DNA of 64,000 bases from the human T2T-CHM13v2.0 reference genome, Homo sapiens. The notes beneath the pieces were generated by a model, which ran no database searches, was not told the origin of the DNA, and saw only the letters and a program-made list of their open reading frames with translations. This document shows positions 43,026 through 56,248 of this stretch, in pieces. A program made the position numbers and the translations under genes. Location: assembly GCF_009914755.1 (NCBI RefSeq), contig NC_060937.1; one strand, given 5' to 3'. Position 1 is the stretch's first letter, and each line of letters begins with the position of its first letter.

Positions 43026-43463
43026 TGTTAAACAAAGAATATAGGAGGCCATTATTGTATTTGTTTGTTCCCCTTCATATTCAGAGGGGTTTGAATTAGC
43101 TATCTGCAGCAGGCCTCCGTAGACAGATCAAACCAAAATGAAATCACTCATGCTAAGCGAAGCAGATAAATCCCCCAACAAACCAGTTTTTCCTAAAAAG
43201 CAGGAGATTCACAGCAACCAATTAGAACCACTCCAACTGAGTTAGCTTAATGAGTGACCTCTCTGCTTTAACTCTTAAAAGAAGAGTGACCTGTAGTAAC
43301 CCGATGTTAACCAACCTGCTTTTTAAAAATTTTGTTTTCTTCTTCCCACCTTACAAAAACCAACTGTTCTGTCATGCCCAGTGGAATAATCTTTCTGTTT
43401 TATAGCCCAATTCTACAACTGCAAAGAAAGCCAATTAGGTCTTTAATTTCTTTTATCTTTTCA
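43026..43463 (+). mobile_element. ERV1 (MER4-group) solo LTR, subfamily not assigned
   Basis: 'tgttaaacaaa...ataggaggccatt...aaaccaaaatgaaatcactcatgctaa...aaagccaattag'; TG...CA ends. Confidence 0.7.
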
Positions 43464-43514
43464 ATATTATTTAATAGGTAGTTTAAAATTTTTCTTTAAA
43501 GTAAAAAGAAATTG

Positions 43515-43813
<299 letters not shown>

Positions 43814-44539
43814 GGAAAACAAAGAAATTTGTTCTTTTTGTTCTTTGGATTTAGTAGTTTTCTAACAGGCACACCTAAACATAAAGCCTAAAAGGTGGTG
43901 GTAACTGTGCTTTGAGCTGTCTTTCTGTTTTTCTAACATAGACTTATATTTACATTTTAGCAAACTACTGCTTTACTTTTTAGAAAAATCACTGTAATGG
44001 AACTCTTCTGCAAAGAAAAATAAAAAAATTCTATTAGGAAAAGCAGAGTTTCAAGAAAATAAAGACTTAAATTGCTCTGCAGAACAATGTAAAAAGTTTT
44101 CTTCATTGCAGAAGGAATGTGGTTTTGGCAATGTATACATTATTTGTCCAGTGTTATCCAGAGAAAAGCTGGAGTAGCCACCGGACAATCGCAGTTAGCT
44201 AGCTCATTCCTGATGAGAATCGAAAGGGAAACGCAATTGTGTAAAACTCAAAAAACTCAGTCTGTGGGGCTATTCATGCTGACTGCTTCAGGCTCTCTAA
44301 ATAAGACCCAAAAGAAAGATGATACATATATTTTCAGAGTTGTAAAGTATGCCCCAGCTGGCAGACAAAATGAACTCTTGTGATTTACGGAGACACCTAA
44401 ACTTAAAAGCAGAATCAGGCAGCCACAGCAAGATAGGAGAGTGGTCACATGCCCTGCGTGCTTCGAAAATGCTTTTGTGTTCTCAGAAAGGTGTTGTAAA
44501 AGTAACACAAGACTGCCTTTTCTACAGTCGAGCCAAACC

Positions 44540-44640
44540 AGTTTCTGTGGTTGCTGAGATAGACTGCAGCTGGAAATTCCCCAGCTGAACAACAGACCAC
44601 CTGCCATAAACTAACTGGCCACCTGAAGCCAGCCAGGTAA
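44540..44640. promoter_or_regulatory. Candidate enhancer motif cluster (RUNX, 4 E-boxes, NF-kB)
   Basis: TGTGGTT 44546; CAGCTG 44567 and 44582 flanking GGAAATTCCC 44572; CACCTG 44598 and 44620. Motif matches only. Confidence 0.35.
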
Positions 44641-44842
44641 GGGAGACTGGTGCTTTGGGCCTTAAAGGTTATCCAGTCAAAACTTCCTCACTCCCCTCCT
44701 CTGCCCTCTGTTTTTTGCCGTTCTAATTTCCTACTCTGCCACCTTTTCTACTCTCTGGCCTCTTCCTGGAGCATAATGCCACTTTGCAATGAAGGCTGCG
44801 TCTCCCCAGTCTGCAGACTGCTTTTAGAAAATGAAGTTCTCT

Positions 44843-45440
<598 letters not shown>

Positions 45441-45611
45441 CTACACATCTCATTGGTGTTTTCGTTGATGAACGATTTTCCTGGTTGTAGTGAATGACGG
45501 TTTGGGAAGAAACAATGGTTAAATTAAAATAATGGCTAAGAGATAACAGTTTTTTCCTGAGTAGAACAGACATTCCAACTTCAATTTTGAAAGAAACAGA
45601 CTGATAAATAA

Positions 45612-45980
45612 TGCTGTGGGCTAAATTGGGTCCCCTCCAAATTCATAGGTTGAAGCCTCAACCTTGAATGTGATAACATTGAGCCCTTGGGAGATAATTA
45701 GGCTCAGATTACATCACTGGTGTGGGCCCTCATAATGGAACGAGTGCCTTTATAAGAAGAGACATCTGGGAACTTGTTCTGTGTCTTTCTTCCTGCCAGG
45801 TGAGGCCACAACCAAAAGGCAGCCATGTACAAGCCAGGAGGAGAGCCCTCACCAGAAACCAACCACGCTAGCACCTAGATCTTGGAGTTCTAGCCTATTA
45901 AACTATGAGAAAATACATTTCTGTTGTTTAAGCTGCCCAGTTTATGTATTTTGTTATAATACATCAAGCCAGCTAAAATG
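45612..45980 (+). mobile_element. MLT1A-like solo LTR
   Basis: 'ccaaattcataggttgaagcc...gtgcctttataagaagagac...gccctcaccagaaaccaacc...atttctgttgtttaagc'. Confidence 0.9.
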
Positions 45981-46193
45981 ATGAATTGTGAGGCTTTGAA
46001 TGGAAGGATTTAACTCTATGGAGGAGAGAGATAAACAAACGAGCAAACAAAAAACAACCAAATACATATATACTATTAAGAGGAGCAAAGAAAATCCCTG
46101 TAGGGACAAGATACCAGAAGAACTCAGGACTATTAAGGAGAGAAACTTCATCAAATGACTCAAAATACATGGGCATGTGTGGTATGTGGTGGG

Positions 46194-46216
46194 GTGTGTG
46201 TGTGTGTGTGTGTGTG
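46194..46216. repeat. (TG)n microsatellite
   Basis: Direct reading. Confidence 0.9.
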
Positions 46217-49049
46217 GCTGTAGGTGTGAGTTGTATTATAATTCAGTTATTTTATATGCAAGTCTTTAGTAACGTCTTATTAATGTGACTGATTTTACAT
46301 GTTATAGAGTTCTAAATGATGTGTCCATTTCTAAGATTATCGAGAAGAAATCAGCAGCCTGGAGAAGTCAGGGGTGGTGAGGCACGAAGCACCCTGGGAA
46401 GAGGTTCGGCAGCTGGCTGATGTAAAGTATTCAGCTGAGCTAGCTGCAAAAGCTCAGGTCGGTTCATGTCATATGCAGTCACTTGTCATTAATTTCCTAA
46501 CACACATGTGATTAAACTGGAAAAGGACTAGATTCTCTGCTGACAAATGAAATGAGATAAGAAGAATGATATCTGAAAGCTAAAGAAGGCTGAAATTCCT
46601 GGAATGGCAGGCAATGATCATATTATTTCGGATCTAACAAGCATCCTCAGGCATCCTACCCACAAAGAGGGAGAATGATCCTGTCCTTGGCATTGCTCTC
46701 TTATTCAGGCCATAAGCCTAAACTTTGCAATCTGGCTTTCCGTGCTCTTATAGTATTGCCACATAAATATAATTTTGATAGTGTTTGTTTGTTTGTGTTT
46801 CCTGCAGATAGCATTTTCTTACTCAAGAGAAATTATAAAAAAATAGGTAACTTTGAAGTAACAAGAAACTCACAGATTTCAAAAGCTTATTTTGAACTGT
46901 AATAACTGGTTAGTCAGGAAAGATTGGCTGACACTACTATATTAGTATAAATACGAAGATAGTGTAATTCTGTAAATATACAGAATAAATAATGTGTAAG
47001 GACAGAGTAAATAGACTGAAAATTTGCCATCAGAAATACTGAATTATTCAAGCAAAGGGCAATATTGTGTGAAGAACTTTTGGGAACAGCATTGAGTTTT
47101 TCAAAGAAATGTTTATTCAATTTTGAACTGATCCAGAAAAAATCAAATCAAAAACAAAAACAGGCAGCTCTTATGAAACTACAAAGTATATGCTCTCCCA
47201 AAAAGCATTTGAAAAATTACTTGCTAAACCATTAGAACATTTTGAGAAAGTATTGTATTCTAATACTGGTTCTGACATTAATTTATTTCTCTCTTACTTG
47301 TGAGAATAAACAAAATTTTTCAAATTTACTAGACTGATTTTGTACCTTTCCTTTGAGGTCATATCTAGAGGAACAATTGCTAATGTAATCTAAACAGAAA
47401 AAACAGCTTTAGTAAAGTTAGTTATATCTCCATAATACACTGATTTAGACATAACTATAATAGAAATTCAAAACCTGACATCTAAATGTGGATCAATAGC
47501 ATTGTAATATTTCCAACTAATAACATTTTTTATTGAGGTTATATGATCCATGAGAATTTAATTAAATTAACACCATAAGTTATGATAAATTCACTTAAGA
47601 TCTGAATTACAGATAGAAGAAACTTCTTGTATTTATTTGCATTTCATAAAACAATAATACTCCTGATATATTTTTTAATAATAAAACAGTATTTAATGAG
47701 AAGGCTACATTACTGAAACTTTTTAAAGCAATTTGATGAAAGAAAAAGAAACCTGTTAGTGTAAAACTGGCAACATTTTCAGCATTTCATTATTTATTAA
47801 GTACTTGAATAATTGTATTTCATTTTTTAAAGCAAATACAAATTATATTTTTGTATGTTATTTTTAAGTCTCATGACCATGAAATAAAACAAGCAACATT
47901 TTATTCTGTTCATCTCTCTTGTTAAAAATGGCAAAACAATTACCATAATACACACATTTCTATATAACATCCTAAAGTTAATATATTAGAACAAAAGATA
48001 AATTTTTCGAGCACTAGAGTTTTTTGAGTTTAGTAAAAATTTCAAAATAATCTGGTAAAACTTGGCTTCATCATTGTGGTAGAGAATTCTGGCTTAGGTG
48101 GGGATGCATCTAATAACATATATTTAAATCCTTATTTAAGGTATTATATAAAATCACTCAAAACAATGAGAAAGGAATAAAACCTAGCAATATTAATTAT
48201 TTAACTGTGCATGATAAACTACATTGCAATTTTTCTTTGTAATAATACATAAAACTCATTCAGAAATGCTAACACTGTTTTATAGATGAACACAAGAAAG
48301 TTAAAACTGGGTTCCATGTCCAAGGACATGTATGTTGAAAGTGATAATATAAAGGTTGTAACCATAGATTTATTTTCAATCAAATTGACCCTCCTTCTAG
48401 AACTTCACACTGTGTTCAAAGTGAACATTTTAAAATATTATTTTTTATTCTATGTATTTTTTTACTTGTACTCTAATTGTTTTAACACCAAAACCTACTT
48501 GAGAATACAGACAACATTTTCTGCTTTATTTTATTGTTTATACTTAACATGGTTCTGGACCCATAGAAATGGCTATATATTCTAAGATAAGTTTCAGAGG
48601 AGGTGTAATGTAGCTAAGGAAATTATCAAAATTATCAAAAGCAATAGAAAATATTATACTAAAACATAATAAAGCAGTTTCAATGAAAAAAGACCATGCA
48701 AGTAAATGTCCTTGTGAATTTTACCCATTTGGAAATAATGCTACAATGAAAAAGATTTTGAAGAAAATGAATGGAATTTTTCTGATAGGCAACTATAAAC
48801 TCCTATTAAATTTATAGAGAATTTGGCTTAGTTATGTTTTCTCTTTTGTAAATTCACCAAACCGTCAAAGAATGGCAAAAGTCACAAAAAATTGATGCAA
48901 TGCATGCTTGTAACAATGTTAATTATAAAGAAGAAAAGCATAAAACCCCGAAAGATTGCAGAAGAAAGGAAACATTTTGGAGCAAAGAATAACAGGCACT
49001 TTTGCAGGCCAGCACTAACCCAGGGAGTGATTCAGTCATTAGAAAGCAA

Positions 49050-49995
49050 ATTAGCACAGAATGAGAGAAAATATTTGCAAATCACATATTTGATAAGAGT
49101 TTAATATCCAGGATGTATAACAAATTCCTAAAGCAAACAAACAAAAAAACCCACCAAAAAATTTAAAAATGAGCAAAGGACTTGAATAACCATCTCCTCA
49201 AAGAAGATATACAAATTGCCAAAAAGAATCACATGAAAATATTTTGAACATCACTAATCACTAGAGAAACGAAAATCAAAACTACAATGAGATAGCACTT
49301 CAATGCCATTATGATGACTATAATATCATTTAAACAAATTTTTTCAAGGATGTGGAGAAATTGGAATCCTGTGCATTGCTGGTAGGAATATAAAATGGTG
49401 CAGCCTCTGTGGAAAAATATATGATAGTTCCTAAAAAATAAAATGGAATTACTATAATTTTCAGCAATTTCTTTTTGGGGTATGTGTCCAAAAGAATGGA
49501 AGCTTGGACTGAAACAGATATTTGTGCACTAATATTCATGGCAGTATTATTGACAAATGCTAGGAAGTGGAAACAACACAGATATCGATTAATAGGTGAG
49601 TGAGTAAAGAAAATGTGATATATAAATATAATAAAATACTTGTCGGCCTTAAAAAGGAATAGAATTTTGATAGATGCTTCAATATGGATGAACTTTGAGG
49701 ACATTATGGCAAGCCATACAAAGGGAAAAATACTATATGATTACACTTCTGTGCTTTAGTCAGAAAAGTAAAATTCATAGTGACAGAAAGCAGAACAGCG
49801 CTTAGGGGGGTGACATTATGAGGAGTTAGTGTTTAATAGGTACAAAGTTTCAGTACGGAATGATACAAAGTTCTGGAGATGGATAGTGGTGATTGTTGCA
49901 CAACAATGTGAATGTCCTTAATGCTACTGAAATTTACACTTAAAAATTGTTAATGATAAATTTTATAGTATGTACACTTATCACAATTTTAGAAA
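49050..49995 (+). mobile_element. 5'-truncated L1MB
   Basis: ORF2 C-terminus plus the L1MB 3' UTR 'aaagttctggagatggatagtggtgattgttgcacaacaatgtgaatg'. Confidence 0.9.
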
Positions 49996-51457
49996 AGCAA
50001 ACCAGCTCCTTCCTAAATAGAGTAAACTATAGGCTTCAATAAGGAATAGTTAATTAAGAAAATCTTCAATTATGCAGATTTGCTCAATATAGATATTTAA
50101 CAAATACTACCTTCTTTCCTTCTTTTCTCTTTCCTTTCTTCGTCTATTCCTACCTTTTATTTTGGCTTCCTTAGATGGTACTACATGTACACAATGACAC
50201 ACATTGACACACACACAATTTGTTAAATCTTTTGTAAAGCTAATAAACATGTGCACTGCATATATACCACAAAACTTCATAATAGACGAATTGCCTTTAC
50301 CAAGCAATAATGGTATTTAAATTGGGTAACAGCAAGCAAACAAAGATGAAATTCATCAATGTTTCAATTTACTCACAGTGTGTTGACATTGAGAAATGAA
50401 AAAACACTCAAAACAATTTAACAACAATAAAGGTAATCTAAACTGTTACCAGATTTAGCACATATTTAAATTTTCAACTCAAGTGAAATTTGATACTCCT
50501 GAGTGACTAACTCTAGTTTTAGAAGGAGGAAACTGCATTATTTTATTTATTTATTTATCTATTTATTTATTTAAGGTATAATTGACAAAAAATGCATATA
50601 ATTAACACATACAAATTAACACATTTTGGCATATGTATACTCCTGTGAAAAATCATCATAATCAATATAATGAATATTTATCACCCCCAAATTTTTCCTC
50701 ATGCTATGAGATAATTCCTCCTTCCTGTCCCTTCAACACATACCCTTATGTCTAGGCAATAACAGATCTCTTCTGTCATCAGAAGTTGATTTGCATTTTA
50801 TAGAATTCTACATAAATCGAATCATAGGGTATGCACTTATTGTTGGTCTGACTTCTTTCAGTCAGCATAATTATTTTGACCTGTATGCAAGTCTTTGTAG
50901 GGTTATATACTATAATTTTCTTAGATAAATATTTAGGAGTAGAATGTTTGGTTTCTCTTGATATAGTCCATTGTATCAATTTATCCCTTTATTGATTTTT
51001 GTTTGTCCAATCTGAGGCCAAAAAGATCATATTATCTCTTTTGTTTTCTTCTAAAATAATTGTAGTTTCTGGTTTTCCAATTAGATCAAGTTTTAATTTT
51101 TAATTAAATTTTATATAAGATGTGAGTTGTATGTCAAAGTTTATTTGTTGCGTATCTTTTCTCCACTGAAATATACATTTGCCAAAATCAGTTTTTCATA
51201 TAAATGTTTATCTTTTTTCTGGACTCTGTATCTGTTACGTAGATCTATTCATCTTTCTTTACACAAAAACCACTTTGCCTTGATTATAGTATCTTAATAA
51301 TAAGTCTCATATCAGGTAGCTTTAGTTATACAATTTTGTTTTTTCTTAAAGTTGATTTTACTACTCTGCATCATTATGTTTACATCATTATGTTTCCTTA
51401 TCAATTTTATTTAGTTTTTAAAATAAGCTTCTCAGTTTCTGTGAAAAAAAACAGCTA

Positions 51458-52248
51458 TTTTTAATTGTGGTAAAAAACACATAATACATTTATTTTCTTA
51501 ACCATTTTAAGTGTACAGTTCAGTAATGTTCATTATGGTCATTATCACTGTGCAATAGATATCTAGAACTTTCTTATATTGCAGAACTACAACTCTGTAG
51601 TTTGGAATTAAGTGCTAGCTTCCCCTTTTCTCTCCCTCCCCAGCCTTTGGCAACAAATTTAATTTTCTGTTTCTATGATTTTGACTGCTTTAGACATTTC
51701 ACATGAGTAGAATCCTACAGTATTTGTCTATTTGTGACTGTGTGACTGGTTTATTTCACTTAGTATAATATCTTGGAGGATTGTCCATGTTGTATGTGAC
51801 AGGATTCCTTATTTTTAGTCCTGCATAGTTCATTGTATGAATATACCACATTTTTATATTCATTTATTTATGGATAGACATTTGGGGTGTTTCCGTGTCT
51901 TGTCTGTTGTAAATACTGCAATGAATATGAGTGTGAAAATATCTCCGTGATTCTGCATTGAATTAATTTGGCTGCTTCCCTAGTAGTGGGATTGCTGAAT
52001 TATATTGAAATGCTATTTTTAATTTTTTTAAGGAACATCCATACATTTCTCATAATGGCTACAGCATTTGACATTTGAACGACAATGCACAGCAATTCTA
52101 ACTTAATACGCTCAAAACCACTAGTTATTTTCTGTCCTTGGGATAATGGCCATTACAATGGATGTGAGGTGATATCTCATTTTGGTATGAATTTTCATTT
52201 CCTTTATGATTAGTGACTTTGAGCACTTTTTATATGCTGTTGGCCAGA
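51458..52248 (-). mobile_element. Nested L1MA/MB 3' fragment
   Basis: 'tttttaattgtggtaaaaaacac...taaccattttaagtgtacagttcagt' antisense 3' end followed by the ORF2 C-terminus. Confidence 0.85.
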
Positions 52249-53269
52249 CTTTTAGGATTTTGGTTGATTTTTTTATAGCTATTGACCATATTGGGTAGAA
52301 TTGATAGCTTGACAATACAGGGTCTTCAGCATCATATACATTGTCATATTCATTTAGACTATCTAATTTCTCTTCAGCAAAGTATTGTACTTTTGAATAC
52401 ATAGGCTTAACAATCTCTAGTCAGTTTTATCCTTAAGTATTCATATATTTATCATTGTTGTAAATGTTATTGCTTTTAATTTCAATTTTGGATTTTTCTA
52501 AAACTGAATAATGACAGCTTATTTCTTCATTTCTAATCCGTCTCTCTCTCCTACCCTCCCTTCCTTTCTTTTTTTGCGGTTGGTAAAACTTTCAAGTACA
52601 ATATTGACAAAAAGTTGGGAGAGAGAAATTCCCATTTTCCTTTTGATCTTAGAGGAAAATCAGTAACATTTTTACAAATAAGTTGTCATAAGCTGTGAGT
52701 TTTCTTAGAAACAATTTGTCAGTATTCATTTTTTTTAATTCCTAAGTTAACATATTTTGGCAAGGATGGATGTTGAATGGTTGTGAATGCTTTTTTCTGT
52801 GTCTTTTGTGAGGATCAGGTCATTTTTATGTTTAATTTGTTAATATGGTAAGTTACATTGATTGATCTTCATTATTGAAACAAACTAACATTCATGGAAT
52901 AAATCCCACTTGATCATGATATGTAATTAGCTTTTCTTTATTTTGTTGAATTCAATTTGCCAAAATTTGTTTGTAATGTGTCCACCATATTTATGAGGGA
53001 TATCTGTCATTTTTATTATTTTATCTAATTTATTTTCATGGCTTTGATATCGGCATAATAATGCCCTTATAAAATGAACTGAGAAATAAATATTTTAATG
53101 TAAATTACTAGAAGATTTTGTATAAAATTGGCATTATTATTTTTTTCTTAAGGTTTTACAGAATTCACCAATGAAACAATCTAGGCCTGGAGTTTTTTTT
53201 TTTTTTAATTTTCAAATTTATAGATAAAATTACATGCATTTATTATGTACAACATGACAGTTTGAAGTA

Positions 53270-54424
53270 CGGTCATATGTGGTTTAACAAAGAAGATATG
53301 TTCTGAGAAATGCACCATTAAGCAGTTTTGTCTTCGTGTGAATATTGCAGTGTATTTACACAAACATAAGTGGTATAGCCTACTAGACACCTCAGCTGTG
53401 ATGTGGCTTATTGCTCATAGGCTACAAACTTGTATGGCATATTATTTCATTAAGTACTGTAGGTAATTGTAGTAAAATGGTACCTATTTGTGTACCTAAA
53501 CATAGAAACAGTTGAGTAAAAATACATATAAAGGATTAAAAATGATACACTATGTAGGGCACTTATCTTGAATCGAGCTTGCAGGACTGGAAGTTGCTCT
53601 AGGTAAGTCAGTCAGTAAGTAGTGAGTGAACATGAAACCCTAGGATGTTACTGTGTACTACTGTAGATTTTCAGAACACTGTACACTTGGGCTACATGAC
53701 ATTTATACAAATATTTTTTTGTTCAATAATAAAGCCACCTTAGCTTACTGTAACCTTTTTACTTTATGTACTTTTAAATATTTTGACTCATTTGTAATAA
53801 TACTTATCTTAAAACACAAACACATTTCACAGCTGTACTAAAATATTTCCTTCCTTTATATCCTTCTTGTATAAGCTATTTTGCATTCATTTTATTTTAT
53901 TTTTTACTATTTAAACTTTTTTGTTAAAAACTAAGACACAAACACAAAAATAAATCTAAACCTCCATGGAGTCAAGATCATCAATATCACTCTCTGCATC
54001 TCCACATCTTGTCTCATTGAAAGGTCTTCAGGGGCAATAACTCACATGAAGCTGTCATCTCCTATGATAACAAACGCCTTCTGGAATACCTACTGAAGGA
54101 CATGCCTAAGGCTGTTTTACAGTTAACTATATTTTATAAGTAGAAGGAGTACATTCTAAAATTATGATAAAAAAGTATAATATGGTAAACACATGAACCA
54201 GTAACGTAATTGTTCATTAGCGTTATCAAGCATTATGTACTGTACAGAATTTTTTAAGACTGGCAGCTTAGTAAGTTCATTCACACCAGTGACAATGACT
54301 AATGCGTTGTGCTATAGTACATTATGACAGCTACAGTATTACTAGGTGATAGGTGATAGGAATTTTTCAACACCATTATTATCTTGTCAGACCACTCTCA
54401 TATATGTGGTCTGTTGTTGCCTAA
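53270..54424 (+). mobile_element. Tigger3b/Golem (TcMar-Tigger) with the right TIR missing
   Basis: TA + 'cggtcatatgtggtttaacaaagaagatatgttctgagaaatgc', 'gcaggactggaagttgctctagg'; ~1.15 kb. Confidence 0.9.
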
Positions 54425-56188
54425 TTTACCTTGCCACCGAAAATGTGCAAAGTTTGCCTTTTATCCACATCCTTTACACTTATTATTCATTTTTTTGATA
54501 ATAGCCATTATAACAGGCGTGAAATAATATCTCATTGTGATTTTAATTTGCATTTCCCTATGATAAGTTATGCTGAGCATTTTGTCATATGCCGGTTAGC
54601 CATTTGTGTCTTCTTTTGAAGACATTTTTTCCAATTATTTTTGGAAAAAGGCAAGTTTTAGTTGGATTAAATGTATTTTTTTGCTACTCAGTAATCGGAA
54701 TTCTTTATATATTTTAGATGTTAAACCCTTAGTAGATATACAGTTTATATTTATATACCTATATTTATATAGTTAGATATACAGTTTATATACTGTGTCA
54801 GATATATTATTTATATATTTATATTTATATATTTTGGATATTAAACTCAACAAATATATAGTAAATATTTTCTTTTATTCTGTGGGTTGTCTCTTCACTC
54901 TGTTGATTATTTTCTTTGTTATGCAGAAGCTTTTGCATTTCATGTAATCCCATTTGTCTATTTTTGCTTTTGTTGCCTGTGCTTTGGGGGTATCTAAAAT
55001 ATTGTTGACAAGATAAATGTCTTAGAACATTTCTCTCTGTTTTCTTCTGGTCATTTCCTAGTTTCATTTCTTACATTTAATTCTTTAATTCATTTTGATT
55101 TTTCTATACAGTGTGAGGTAAGGGCATGGTTTAATTTTTCTACATCAGAATATCCAGTTTTTTCAGCATCGTCTATTGAAGAAACTATCCTTTCCTCATT
55201 GTGTGTTCTTGACACCATTGTCAAAAATTGGTTGGCTCTAAATGTGTAAATTTATGTCTGAGCTCTCAATGCTATCCCTTTTATCTATATATCTGTTTTT
55301 ATGTCAGTGCCCTAATGTTTTAATTACTACAGATTATTAGTACATTTTGAAGTCACCTAGTATAATTCCTCCAGCTTTGTTCCTTTTTGTTCAGGATTCT
55401 TTTGATTATTTGGGGTCTTTTCAGATTATACACAAATTTTAGAATTTATTTTTAATTTTTCTGAATAATGTTATTGCTATTTTGATAAGGATTGTAATGA
55501 CTCTGCCTATTGCTTTGGGCAGTATTTGACATTTTAACAATATTAATTCTTCCAATTTATGGACATGGGATTTATTCATGTAATCTTCAATTTTTTCATG
55601 AAAATTTTATAGTTTTCAGCACGCAGATCTTTCACTTCCTTGGTTAAATTTACTCCTAATTATTTTATTTTGTTTGATGTGATAGTAAAGGAGATTGTTT
55701 TATTTATTTATTTTTACATCGTTTATTGTTAAAGTATAAAAACATGTCTGATTTTTCTAAGTTGTTTTGTATTCTTTAACTTCACTGAAATTATTAGTTC
55801 TAACAGCCTTTTGGTGAAGTCTTTAGTGTTTATATATATAAGATCATGTCATCTGTAATAGACAAAAAAAAACTTATTTTTTTTCATCTGTATAACATTT
55901 ATTTCCCTTGCCTAATTGGTCTGGCTACGACTTCCCGTATTGTGCTGAGTTGTGCAAGTAAACGTTGTTTTCTTATTCTAGATTTTAAATAAATAGATTT
56001 CAAATTTTCACAGTTGAGTATGATGTTAGATGTGAATTTGTTATATATGGCCTTTAGTGTGTTGAGGTCCATTCTTTCTACAACTTATTATTTATTCATT
56101 TATTTATTTGTTTGTTTATTTATTTTTATCATGAAAGAGTGTTGGAGCCACTCAGGGCTGTGAACTAGCCCTGGCATTTGGGCACCTT

Positions 56189-56248
56189 GTGCAGGGTACC
56201 CAGCTTCCTCCCTCCTCAGTGCAGGGTATCCAGCTTCCTCCCTCCTCA
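56189..56248. repeat. 30-bp tandem duplication
   Basis: gtgcagggta(c/t)ccagcttcctccctcctca x2. Confidence 0.95.

Noticed and set aside
44117-44607. Overlapping 79-116 aa ORFs as a protein-coding exon
   Set aside because: No homology recognised, and open frames occur on both strands; kept only as a regulatory or non-coding candidate.
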